In this document: positions 1-7,068 of the stretch, in pieces | Position numbering within the stretch: the stretch's first letter is position 1 | How the letters are laid out: each line of letters opens with the position of its first letter | Source: Deltaproteobacteria bacterium | GTDB taxonomy: Bacteria > Desulfobacterota > Anaeroferrophillalia > Anaeroferrophillales > Anaeroferrophillaceae | DNA length: 38,436 bases | Direction: 5' to 3' | Assembly (NCBI GenBank): GCA_019306045.1 | Contig: JAFDMG010000004.1 | Span: 1,203-39,638, forward strand | Program-made: the position numbers and the translations under genes | The notes under the pieces: model-generated | What the model was told of the DNA's origin: nothing | Seen by the model: the letters and a program-made list of their open reading frames with translations, nothing else | The model's database searches: none

Positions 1-185
1 ACCCCGGTGCCCCGCATGCCGACGGCATCCCGAAGCGGCGGCGTCGCCTGGACGATTCCCACCTGGCGGGAATAGCCGGGCGTGTTGACATTGGCCACGT
101 TGTGGCCGATGATGTCGATGTTGGTCTGCTGGCTGAACAGCGACAGCCGGGAGGTGTTCAGGGTATTGCTGAGTCCGATGGGCAT
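1..185 (-). CDS. flgK: Flagellar hook-associated protein 1 (FlgK), N-terminal fragment running off the left edge
   Basis: The reverse complement from ATG at 183-185 reads MPIGLSNTLNTSRLSLFSQQTNIDIIGHNVANVNTPGYSRQ. This carries the conserved rod/hook-family N-terminal motif N-x-ANVNTPGY-x-R. Its position after flgM-flgN fits FlgK. It is absent from the ORF track because it is short. Confidence 0.75.
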   Translation of the reverse strand, partial: MPIGLSNTLNTSRLSLFSQQTNIDIIGHNVANVNTPGYSRQVGIVQATPPLRDAVGMRGTG

Positions 186-244
186 GATGTTTTCCGCAAA
201 GTCGACAGGTTGTCAGAAAAGCCCGGTCCGTGGCCCGGATCGGC

Positions 245-775
245 TCAAACCTGGTGGTTCAGGCCGTTGCCCCGCAGGGCGGCGGGGGAGCTGGCCACCG
301 TGCCGCTGGCCTGGTAGCCCAAGTTGACCGGCAGCACCTGCTGGAAAAAACCGCAGCAGCGCCGGTTGACGGTGGTCAGCACTTCCAGGTTGCGGCGCAG
401 GATGCCGCTGCGGCGATTCACTTCGACGCCGGCCGTCCGGATGGCCCGGCACTTGGCCGCCAGCCGCCGCCGCGGCTCGCCGGCCAGCAGCCCGGCGACC
501 TGGCGCAGCGACCCGATCTCCCGGCCGGCAAGCTCCCCGGCTTGGCACAGGGTTTCCTTTTCCTCGCCCAGGAGGGCCGCCAGGCGGACCGCCAGCTTTT
601 CTCCCCGGTAGATCAGCGCCGCCAAATCCCCGGGACCGACCGCTGCCAGGTTTTCCTCCAGCTGGCGGTAGACGGCGGCAATTTCCGCCAGCAGCTCCAG
701 TTTCCGGTCCGCCAGCTGGAAAAAGCGGACGGTCAACTCCGCCAGCCGGACGCCGGTTTTTTCCGGACAGGTCAT
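245..775 (-). CDS. flgN: FlgN-like flagellar export chaperone
   Basis: 176-aa soluble, helical, Leu/Ala/Arg/Glu-rich ORF between flgM and flgK, where FlgN is normally found. The RBS GGGAGGA precedes ATG 773-775. The call rests on synteny and composition, not on a diagnostic motif. Confidence 0.5.
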   Translation of the reverse strand: MTCPEKTGVRLAELTVRFFQLADRKLELLAEIAAVYRQLEENLAAVGPGDLAALIYRGEKLAVRLAALLGEEKETLCQAGELAGREIGSLRQVAGLLAGEPRRRLAAKCRAIRTAGVEVNRRSGILRRNLEVLTTVNRRCCGFFQQVLPVNLGYQASGTVASSPAALRGNGLNHQV

Positions 776-814
776 GCATTCCTCCCTGACAGTGGGTTTT
801 GACAGCCAGTCGAC

Positions 815-846
815 AAAAAAAAGCCATGGATCAAGGACCCATGGCT
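815..846 (-). terminator. Rho-independent terminator after flgM
   Basis: On the minus strand, AGCCATGG-(9 nt loop)-CCATGGCT is followed by T8. It starts about 28 nt after the flgM stop. Confidence 0.6.
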
Positions 847-873
847 CGAATCAGCGACAACGGCAAGGTCCCG

Positions 874-1197
874 TTACAACAGCGACTCCATGAGCATTTC
901 CTTGATCATCTTGGTGGCCAGATCCTGGCTGTCAACCCGGTAGGTGCCGGTATCGACGGCGGTTTTCAGCTTCGCCACCAGATCCTGCCTGATTTCCGGG
1001 TTCTCCTTCACCTGCTCGGCAATCCGGGAAATGCCCCGGCCGCGGGAAGAAACCTGGACGGTATCGGCCACCCCGGCCGCCGGCTGCGGCTGCGAGGCCG
1101 CCTGGCCCTTCGAGGCCGGCTCCGTCGGCGCCGCCTCCTTGACGGCCTCGGAATTGAGCAGGCCCTGAAGCTTGTTGATCATATTTTCTACCTTCAA
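874..1197 (-). CDS. flgM: Anti-sigma-28 factor FlgM
   Basis: 107-aa ORF with a disordered Ala/Pro/Gln-rich N-terminal half. The C-terminal half (IRQDLVAKLKTAVDTGTYRVDSQDLATKMI) is typical of FlgM. It is preceded by a sigma-28 promoter and followed by flgN-flgK. Confidence 0.8.
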   Translation of the reverse strand: MKVENMINKLQGLLNSEAVKEAAPTEPASKGQAASQPQPAAGVADTVQVSSRGRGISRIAEQVKENPEIRQDLVAKLKTAVDTGTYRVDSQDLATKMIKEMLMESLL

Positions 1198-1233
1198 TTT
1201 AATCCCCCTTGACAGTGTTTTTGCTTAATACAC

Positions 1234-1260
1234 TTATCGGCAGAAATCAAAAAAACTTTA
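1234..1260 (-). promoter_or_regulatory. Sigma-28 (FliA) class III promoter for flgM
   Basis: The minus strand reads TAAAGTTTTTTTGATTTCTGCCGATAAG. This matches TAAA-N15-GCCGATAA with exact spacing and a perfect -10 octamer, about 35 nt upstream of the flgM ATG. Confidence 0.7.
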
Positions 1261-1279
1261 GGGGATTTGTCGGCAAATG

Positions 1280-1630
1280 TCAAGCCAGTTGTTGGTAGAA
1301 AAATTCGGTCAGGCCGGTGGCTTCCCGCCGCGCCAGGAGGTCCGCCAACTGGCTGTCAAAGAGCGATTGATAGATGTCGTCGGCATTGCTCTTTTTGAGC
1401 AGGCCGTCATGCGGCACCGTCTGCCGCATCTCCTTCAGCATCATGGCCAGGAACATGGATTCGAATTGCTGGCAGGCCTGCCGCAGCCGGCGGTTGTCCC
1501 GCTCCCCGTTGCTGACCTTGTCTTCGGCAGCCGGGGCGTTTTTCTTGAGCTCCTGGTGCCGGTGCCAGCCGGCGGCAACGGCGTTGCTGCCCGCATAAAT
1601 CATGGGATCGTATGCCATGTTCCTCACCAT
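1280..1630 (-). CDS. flgJ: Rod-binding protein (FlgJ N-terminal-domain-only type)
   Basis: The 116-aa ORF contains ACQQFESMFLAMMLKEMRQT, the hallmark FlgJ rod-binding motif. No muramidase domain is present. It lies directly after flgI. An alternative start at ATG 1616-1618 has a better RBS (GAGG). Confidence 0.7.
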   Translation of the reverse strand: MVRNMAYDPMIYAGSNAVAAGWHRHQELKKNAPAAEDKVSNGERDNRRLRQACQQFESMFLAMMLKEMRQTVPHDGLLKKSNADDIYQSLFDSQLADLLARREATGLTEFFYQQLA

Positions 1631-1665
1631 TTGCCGGGTTGCCCCGGCGTGCCTTGTTTACTCGT

Positions 1666-2772
1666 TTACATGATCTCCAGGTCGGCATGCAGGGCGCCGG
1701 CCGCCTTGATCGCCTGGAGAATGGCCATCAGGTCGCGGGGGGTGACGCCGACGGCGTTCAGGGCCCGCACCAGCTCGTCGATCTTCACCGTCTGGGGCAG
1801 CACCACCAGGCGGGATTTCTCCTCCTCCACTTCGACCTTGGTATTGGTGGTCTGCACCGTGCGGCCGGCGGCCAGGGGCTGCGGCTGGGAGACCTGGGGC
1901 GTGGCGGTGATGCGCACCGTCAGGTCGCCGTGGGAAATGGCCACCGTGTCGATGAGCACGTCGTTGCCCATCACCACCGTGCCGGTGCGTTCGTCAAAAA
2001 CCACCTTGGCCCGGGAATCGGGCACCACCTGCAGGTTTTCCAGGGTGGCCAGGAAAGGAATCAGGGTGCCGGGCTCGTAGCTGGGCGGAATCATTTCGAT
2101 GGTGGCCGAATCCCGGGGCACCGCCAGGTTGGCCCGGAAAGCGTCGTTGATCGCCTTGCTCACCCGGGAAACGGTCATGAAATCGGGCTGGTTGAGAGCA
2201 AGGACAATCTTGCCGTCGTTGAGAATCGTCGACGGCGGCTCCCGCTCCACCAGGGCGCCGTTGGCGATCCGGCCGACGGTGGGATGATTTTTCACCTGCT
2301 TGCCGCCACCGCCGCCGGTGCTGAAGCCGCCGATGGAAATCGGCCCCTGGGCCATGGCGTAAACCTGACCGTCGGGCCCCTTCAGCGGCGTCAACAGCAG
2401 GGTACCCCCCTGGAGGCTGTCGGCGTCGCCCATGGAGGACACCACCACGTCAAGGCGGGTGCCGTTGCGGGCGAAAGGCGGCAGCTCGGCGGTGACCATC
2501 ACCGCGGCGACGTTGTCCAAATCGATGGTCTGGGCCGGCACCGGGATGCCCATCTTTTCCAGCATGTTGGCGATCGACTCGCCGACGAACTTGCCCTTCT
2601 TGGTGTCGTCGCCGGTGCCGTCGAGGCCGGCCACCAGGCCGTAGCCGATCAGCTGGTTGCTGCGCACACCCTGGATGGTGGCGATATCCTTCAGGCGGAC
2701 CGCCGGACACTCGACCGTGCCCGCCAGCAGCAGGAGAACTGCCCCGCCCAACATCAGCACGAATTTTCTCAT
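1666..2772 (-). CDS. flgI: Flagellar P-ring protein FlgI
   Basis: 368 aa with a signal peptide, then RLKDIATIQGVRSNQLIGYGLVAGLDGTGD and C-terminal LVRALNAVGVTPRDLMAILQAIKAAGAL. Both are canonical FlgI sequence. Confidence 0.95.
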   Translation of the reverse strand: MRKFVLMLGGAVLLLLAGTVECPAVRLKDIATIQGVRSNQLIGYGLVAGLDGTGDDTKKGKFVGESIANMLEKMGIPVPAQTIDLDNVAAVMVTAELPPFARNGTRLDVVVSSMGDADSLQGGTLLLTPLKGPDGQVYAMAQGPISIGGFSTGGGGGKQVKNHPTVGRIANGALVEREPPSTILNDGKIVLALNQPDFMTVSRVSKAINDAFRANLAVPRDSATIEMIPPSYEPGTLIPFLATLENLQVVPDSRAKVVFDERTGTVVMGNDVLIDTVAISHGDLTVRITATPQVSQPQPLAAGRTVQTTNTKVEVEEEKSRLVVLPQTVKIDELVRALNAVGVTPRDLMAILQAIKAAGALHADLEIM

Positions 2773-2830
2773 TGCCGTCCCCGTGTACCGGCCGCCGGCC
2801 GGCGGCCGACGGGCTTGATGAACAAATGGA

Positions 2831-3574
2831 TTAGAATGGCCACACCAGATCCAGAATCTTCGTTGCCCAGCCCAGCCGCTGCTTCGAACCCAGGGTGCCG
2901 GTGCCGCCGTAGTCGATGGCGGCGTCGGCGATCAGCGACGAGGAAACCGTGTTGTCCGGGGCGATGTCACTGGCCCGGATGATGCCGGTCAGGGTGACGT
3001 AATGGTTTTCACCGTTGACCTGGGTGAAATGGCTGCCGCGGATCTTCAGGTTGCCGTTGGGCATCACCTCCATCACCCGGACTGCCAGCCGGGCGGTGAG
3101 GGTATTGCTGCGGGAGGTGGCCCCCTTGCCTTCCGTCTTGTTGCTGCGCTTGGCCTCGATCAGCTTGGCCATGTCCGCCTTGCTGCCGAAAACGTTCTTG
3201 TAACCGAAAAGTTCCGGGATGCCGTAGCTGGCCTCGTTGCTGCCGTCGCTGACGGTCGAGGCGTTGCCGCTGCCCTTGAAGTTCTCGGCAATGATGATGT
3301 AGACGATGTCGCCGACCCGGTGGGCCCGGCGGGCGTCGTAGAGCATCACCGGTACTTCCCGGCCGTCGGCGACCGGGCAGATGGAGCCGTGGTGATAGGT
3401 CTGCACCGGTCCCGCCGGCTGCTGCGCCACTTCGGTTTCCACCGGCGAATAGATGGGCGCCGGCGCCTGTTTTGCCTGGCTGAAGAGGCCGTTGCAGGCC
3501 CCCAGGGGCAGCAGGCTCAAAGCCAGCAGCACCCGGCCGATAATTTTTGCGTTTTTCATCGCTGTCCTCGCCAT
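2831..3574 (-). CDS. flgH: Flagellar L-ring lipoprotein FlgH
   Basis: 247 aa with the lipobox LPLGAC. The motifs LYDARRAHRVGDIVYIII and VMPNGNLKIRG...ENHYVTLTGIIR are typical of FlgH. Confidence 0.9.
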   Translation of the reverse strand: MARTAMKNAKIIGRVLLALSLLPLGACNGLFSQAKQAPAPIYSPVETEVAQQPAGPVQTYHHGSICPVADGREVPVMLYDARRAHRVGDIVYIIIAENFKGSGNASTVSDGSNEASYGIPELFGYKNVFGSKADMAKLIEAKRSNKTEGKGATSRSNTLTARLAVRVMEVMPNGNLKIRGSHFTQVNGENHYVTLTGIIRASDIAPDNTVSSSLIADAAIDYGGTGTLGSKQRLGWATKILDLVWPF

Positions 3575-3575
3575 G

Positions 3576-4337
3576 TCAATAGGCTACCCGCACCTGCCCG
3601 GCGTCGACCACCCGGGCCTGGTAAGTGCGGCGGGAGACGGGGTTGCGCACCATGATCAGCTGGTCCTGGCAGCCCTGGGACAGGGCAACCCCGCGGGTAA
3701 CCACCCGGATGTGATCGTGCTCCAAGACCACGGTGACCATTTCACCCCGGGTGACCAGGCGGTGGGGACGCAGGTCCTGCTTGCTCAGGGGCTGGCCGGC
3801 GGCCACCCGGCGGACCGTCTCGTAAACCGCCTGCCGGGGAAAGTCGATCAGGCTGTGGCTGTCAAGTCGGCGGCAGTCGATCATCTGGTGGCGAACATCG
3901 CGCCAGCGGACCAGCTGGCCTTTCTCCAAAGGGTGGACGGGTACGTAAACCCCGGCCTTGCCGGCCACCTCCACCGACAGCCAGCCCTGGGCCAGCCGGC
4001 GGCCGTCCCGGCTGGCTTCCACCTGCACCGGCATTTTTCCCGAGCGGCGGTTCCATTTGCCGATCTTGACCACCCGCACCGTCCGGCCGCCGCCCCCGCC
4101 CAGCTTTTTGCCAAACCGCTGGAGGCCGCGAATCTCCCCCAGCCGCAAATCGACGACCCAGGGCAGGGCCAGCCGGACCTCTTTCAGGATGGCCGCCCGG
4201 AGCTCCGACTGCCAGCGGCCGTCCGGAACCGCCTGGCGCCCGGCGGCCGGGCCGCCCGGCACGAGCAGGAAAACGGCCGCCATGAAGGCCGCAAGGAGAA
4301 TTTCAGTCACCCGGCTGCGCATCGTCGATCCCGTCAC
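3576..4337 (-). CDS. flgA: Flagellar P-ring assembly chaperone FlgA
   Basis: 253 aa with an N-terminal signal/TM segment and a C-terminal SAF-like region (VTRGEMVTVVLEHDHIRVVTRGVALSQGCQDQLIMVRNPVSRRTYQARVV). It sits between flgG and flgH. Confidence 0.8.
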   Translation of the reverse strand: MTGSTMRSRVTEILLAAFMAAVFLLVPGGPAAGRQAVPDGRWQSELRAAILKEVRLALPWVVDLRLGEIRGLQRFGKKLGGGGGRTVRVVKIGKWNRRSGKMPVQVEASRDGRRLAQGWLSVEVAGKAGVYVPVHPLEKGQLVRWRDVRHQMIDCRRLDSHSLIDFPRQAVYETVRRVAAGQPLSKQDLRPHRLVTRGEMVTVVLEHDHIRVVTRGVALSQGCQDQLIMVRNPVSRRTYQARVVDAGQVRVAY

Positions 4338-4343
4338 TGGTCA

Positions 4344-5132
4344 TCACCGCTTGATGTTGTTGGCCGTCTGCAGCATCTCGTCGGCAGTCTGGATGGCCTT
4401 GGAGTTGATTTCATAAGCCCGCTGGCCGACGATCATCTTGACCATCTCATCGACCACCACCACGTTTGACATCTCCAGGAAGCCCTGGCTGATGGTCCCC
4501 AGGCCGTCGTTGCCCGGGGTGCCCAGGGTGGCCGGCCCGGAGGCGTCGGTTTCCAGGAACAGGTTCTTGCCCAGGGCCTTGAGGCCGGAGGGGTTGGAAA
4601 ACCAGCCCAGTTCGATGGTGCCCACCTGGGTCGAGGTGGTCTGCCCGGCCTGAACGACGGAAACCGTGCCGTCGTTGCTGATGGTGATCGAGGTGGTATC
4701 GGTGGGGATGGTAATCGGCGGCTGCAGGGGGTAGCCGTCAGCGGTGACGATGGCCCCGGTACTGTCCAGCTTGAAGGAGCCGGCCCGGGTGTAGGCGGTG
4801 GTGCCGTCGGGCTGGAGAATCTGGAAAAAGCCGTGGCCGTCGATGGCCATATCCAGCTCGTTGCCGGTCTCGGCGTAGTCGCCCTGGGTAAAGATCTTGT
4901 AGACGGCCACCGGCTTGGTCCCCAGGCCGATCTGGATGCCGGTGGGCAGCTCGTTGCCGGCGGCGGACAGGGTGCCCGGCTGGGAATAGGCCTGGTAAAG
5001 CAGGTCCTGGAAATCCGGCCGGCTTTTCTTGAAGCCGCTGGTATTGACGTTCGCCAGGTTGTTGGCCACCACGTCGATGCTCAGCTGCTGGGCCTGCATG
5101 CCGGTGGAGGCGGACCACAATGCACGGATCAT
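4344..5132 (-). CDS. flgG: Flagellar distal rod protein FlgG
   Basis: 262 aa. The N-terminus is [36 protein letters not shown]. The C-terminus is [39 protein letters not shown]. Both are canonical for FlgG. Confidence 0.95.
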   Translation of the reverse strand: MIRALWSASTGMQAQQLSIDVVANNLANVNTSGFKKSRPDFQDLLYQAYSQPGTLSAAGNELPTGIQIGLGTKPVAVYKIFTQGDYAETGNELDMAIDGHGFFQILQPDGTTAYTRAGSFKLDSTGAIVTADGYPLQPPITIPTDTTSITISNDGTVSVVQAGQTTSTQVGTIELGWFSNPSGLKALGKNLFLETDASGPATLGTPGNDGLGTISQGFLEMSNVVVVDEMVKMIVGQRAYEINSKAIQTADEMLQTANNIKR

Positions 5133-5198
5133 CTGCCACTCCTTCGGAAAAAAGTCTCCAATAAAGCAAATAAGGCAAACACAGGGAAAAACTCCGAT

Positions 5199-5951
5199 TC
5201 AAACGGCGGCGATCTCGCTGGCCGCCATCTGGTTCAGGTCGCCGATGGTGCTGATGACTTTCTGCTGCTGCTCGTACTCCCGGGAAATCTCGATCAGGCT
5301 CACCATGGCCCGCAGGGCGTCCACGTTGGCCCCCTCGAGCACCCCGGCGGCCACCACCGGCTCGTTGACCGGCTGGGGCGGCCCGGCGGCCGGCGTCGGC
5401 AGAAAACCCAGGCCGCCAAGCTTCTGCAGGCCCTGGCGGTCGGCAAACCGCACCAGGCGCAGGGAACCGACCGGCTGGCCGTCGACGATCACCTCCCCGA
5501 AGCGGCTGACTTTGACATCCTCGCCGTCCACCACCAGGGGCCGGGGCGGATTCTGCCGGGAAAGCACCAGGTCGCCGTTGACGGTCACCAGTTCTTTGTT
5601 GCCGTTGAGGCGGAAACTGCCGTTGCGGGTATAGTAAACCTGGCCGGCGGCCCCGCGCACGGCAAAGAAAGCGTCGCTTTCGATGGCCAGGTCCAGGGGA
5701 TTGCCGGTCACCCGCAGGCTGCCGGCGCTGAAATCGGTCCAGACGACATCCGGCACGGCGGCGGCCACCTGCTCCCGCACGCCGACCGAGGCCCCGGCGG
5801 CGGCCCCCTGGCCGGCCAGGACGGTGCTGAACAACGGCAGATCGCGCTTGTAGCCGCTGGCATTCAGGTTGGCCAGGTTGTTGGTCAGCACCGCCAGCCG
5901 CCTCTCGTTGGCCAGGGAACCGGTCAGGGCCGTGTAAATTCCGTGATTCAT
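5199..5951 (-). CDS. flgF: Flagellar proximal rod protein FlgF
   Basis: A rod-family N-terminus (MNHGIYTALTGSLANERRLAVLTNNLANLNASGYKRD) and C-terminus (GVLEGANVDALRAMVSLIEISREYE). I prefer ATG 5949-5951 with RBS GGGAGA over the GTG at 5975 used by the ORF track. Confidence 0.85.
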   Translation of the reverse strand: MNHGIYTALTGSLANERRLAVLTNNLANLNASGYKRDLPLFSTVLAGQGAAAGASVGVREQVAAAVPDVVWTDFSAGSLRVTGNPLDLAIESDAFFAVRGAAGQVYYTRNGSFRLNGNKELVTVNGDLVLSRQNPPRPLVVDGEDVKVSRFGEVIVDGQPVGSLRLVRFADRQGLQKLGGLGFLPTPAAGPPQPVNEPVVAAGVLEGANVDALRAMVSLIEISREYEQQQKVISTIGDLNQMAASEIAAV

Positions 5952-6004
5952 CGCTAATCTCCCGGTTTGCAGCACGGCGGTTCAACCGCCCACGGTCATG
6001 GCAA

Positions 6005-6020
6005 TGCAACTTGCATACCA
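6005..6020 (-). promoter_or_regulatory. Sigma-54 (-24/-12) promoter for the flgF-flgJ operon
   Basis: The minus strand reads TGGTATGCAAGTTGCA against the consensus TGGCACG-N4-TTGCW. GG and GC have exact spacing, and the element lies about 55 nt upstream of the flgF ATG. A sigma-54 activator is encoded in the same cluster. Confidence 0.6.
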
Positions 6021-6210
6021 ACGACCATAATTTGCCGTCTCGCGATAAATACTTAAATTTACAGGAATATTTTTTGAACTTTCTGGAAAGGGCCCGGCAA
6101 CCGGGGCTTTTTTTCCCAGGCCGGGAACGGCGGAAGGCAATAAATGCCTAGTGGACAGCCCCGGCCGGGAAATCCCTGCCGGCCGCCGGGTCCGGGACCG
6201 GGAAAAGCGG

Positions 6211-6251
6211 TTGACAAAAGCCCCGGGACATGACTACTAACAAAGTTAGAA
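6211..6251 (+). promoter_or_regulatory. Candidate sigma-70 promoter with overlapping palindromic operator upstream of the DtxR-family gene
   Basis: TTGACA (6211-6216), an 18-nt spacer, then TACTAA (6235-6240). The imperfect palindrome TACTAACA-A-AGTTAGAA (core CTAAC-N3-GTTAG, 6237-6249) overlaps the -10. This suggests autoregulation. Confidence 0.3.
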
Positions 6252-6276
6252 TGATATAAGTAGAAAGGATGCGGCG

Positions 6277-6678
6277 ATGAGCAAGCAGCAGCTGACAGCC
6301 AATATGGAAGACTACCTGGAAGCGATCATGATTCTACAGCGGGACCGCAAGGTGGCCCGGGTCCGGGACATCGCCAAGCTGCTGCAGGTGAAAATGCCCA
6401 GCGTCACCGGGGCGGTGAAAAACCTGGCGGAAAAAGGACTGGTAAATTACGAGCGCTACAGCTTCGTCACCCTGACGGACAAAGGGGTGAAAATTGCCGG
6501 CGAGATCATCAACCGGCACCGGATCATCTACGAATTCCTCAACGGCATTCTCGGTGTCAGTCCGGAAATCGCCGAACTGGACGCCTGCCGCATCGAGCAC
6601 GTCATCAGCCCCCAGACGGTGGCCAAGCTGAAAACCTTCGTGGCCGCCGGGAAAGTCAGCCAAGAACCCGGAGAATAA
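6277..6678 (+). CDS. DtxR/MntR-family metal-dependent transcriptional repressor (short form, no SH3-like domain)
   Basis: 133 aa. The sequence MEDYLEAIMILQRDRKVARVRDIAKLLQVKMPSVTGAVKNLAEKGLVNYERY...LTDKG...INRHRIIYEFL...LGV is the DtxR-type winged HTH plus dimerisation/metal-binding helix pattern. Confidence 0.85.
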   Translation: MSKQQLTANMEDYLEAIMILQRDRKVARVRDIAKLLQVKMPSVTGAVKNLAEKGLVNYERYSFVTLTDKGVKIAGEIINRHRIIYEFLNGILGVSPEIAELDACRIEHVISPQTVAKLKTFVAAGKVSQEPGE

Positions 6679-6955
6679 CCTCTTTGCCCACCAGGTTGTC
6701 GAGATCCTGGTCGGCGGTGACCTGCAGGGTCACGATCCTGACATTGTTCCGGTCGATCAAGGCCTGGGTCCGGCGTTTCTCCTTGAAGCGCCGGCGCTCC
6801 TCGCCGTCGTAGCGGCCCAGGGAATAGCGCCGCTGCCGGCGGCGACCCCGCCTGGTGGCCAGGATCTTACCCCGCAGGGTATTTTTGTTCACCTCCCGCT
6901 TGCCGGGCATCACCGGCCGGTTGGGCATGATGGACGGAATGATAAATTCAACCAT
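6656..6955 (-). CDS. Hypothetical small Arg-rich protein
   Basis: 99-aa ORF with high third-position GC like its neighbours. The RBS GGGGGG lies about 9 nt before the ATG. The central tract is RRGRRRQRR...EERRRFKEKRR. I recognise no family. Its 3' end overlaps the convergent DtxR-family gene by 23 nt. Confidence 0.55.
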   Translation of the reverse strand: MVEFIIPSIMPNRPVMPGKREVNKNTLRGKILATRRGRRRQRRYSLGRYDGEERRRFKEKRRTQALIDRNNVRIVTLQVTADQDLDNLVGKEVILRVLG

Positions 6956-7068
6956 GTAAAAATCCCCCCCTTATTTCAACTGGAAACTCCCCGGTACTGT
7001 TATTCGCCGGCCGGCGCCGCAAACTTTAGCCAATTCTGCCGGCCGGTTCCCGCCACCGGCGGCCGCCC

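Noticed and set aside
3535-3542. Plus-strand GCCGATAA octamers (also near 7989), which could be sigma-28 -10 boxes.
   Set aside because: They lie inside and antisense to coding regions. They lack a TAAA at the required 15-nt distance and have nothing to transcribe. They are likely chance matches.
5976-5990. GGCGG-TTCAA-CCGCC, which resembles a tRNA T-arm.
   Set aside because: The loop is only 5 nt and no acceptor, D or anticodon arms surround it. It lies in the predicted flgF leader. No tRNA (including tRNA-Sec), rRNA or other structured RNA gene was recognisable in the window.
4738-6021. 427-aa minus-strand ORF overlapping flgG and flgF in another frame.
   Set aside because: Its translation is Arg/Gly/Pro-rich, while the overlapped frames encode canonical rod proteins.
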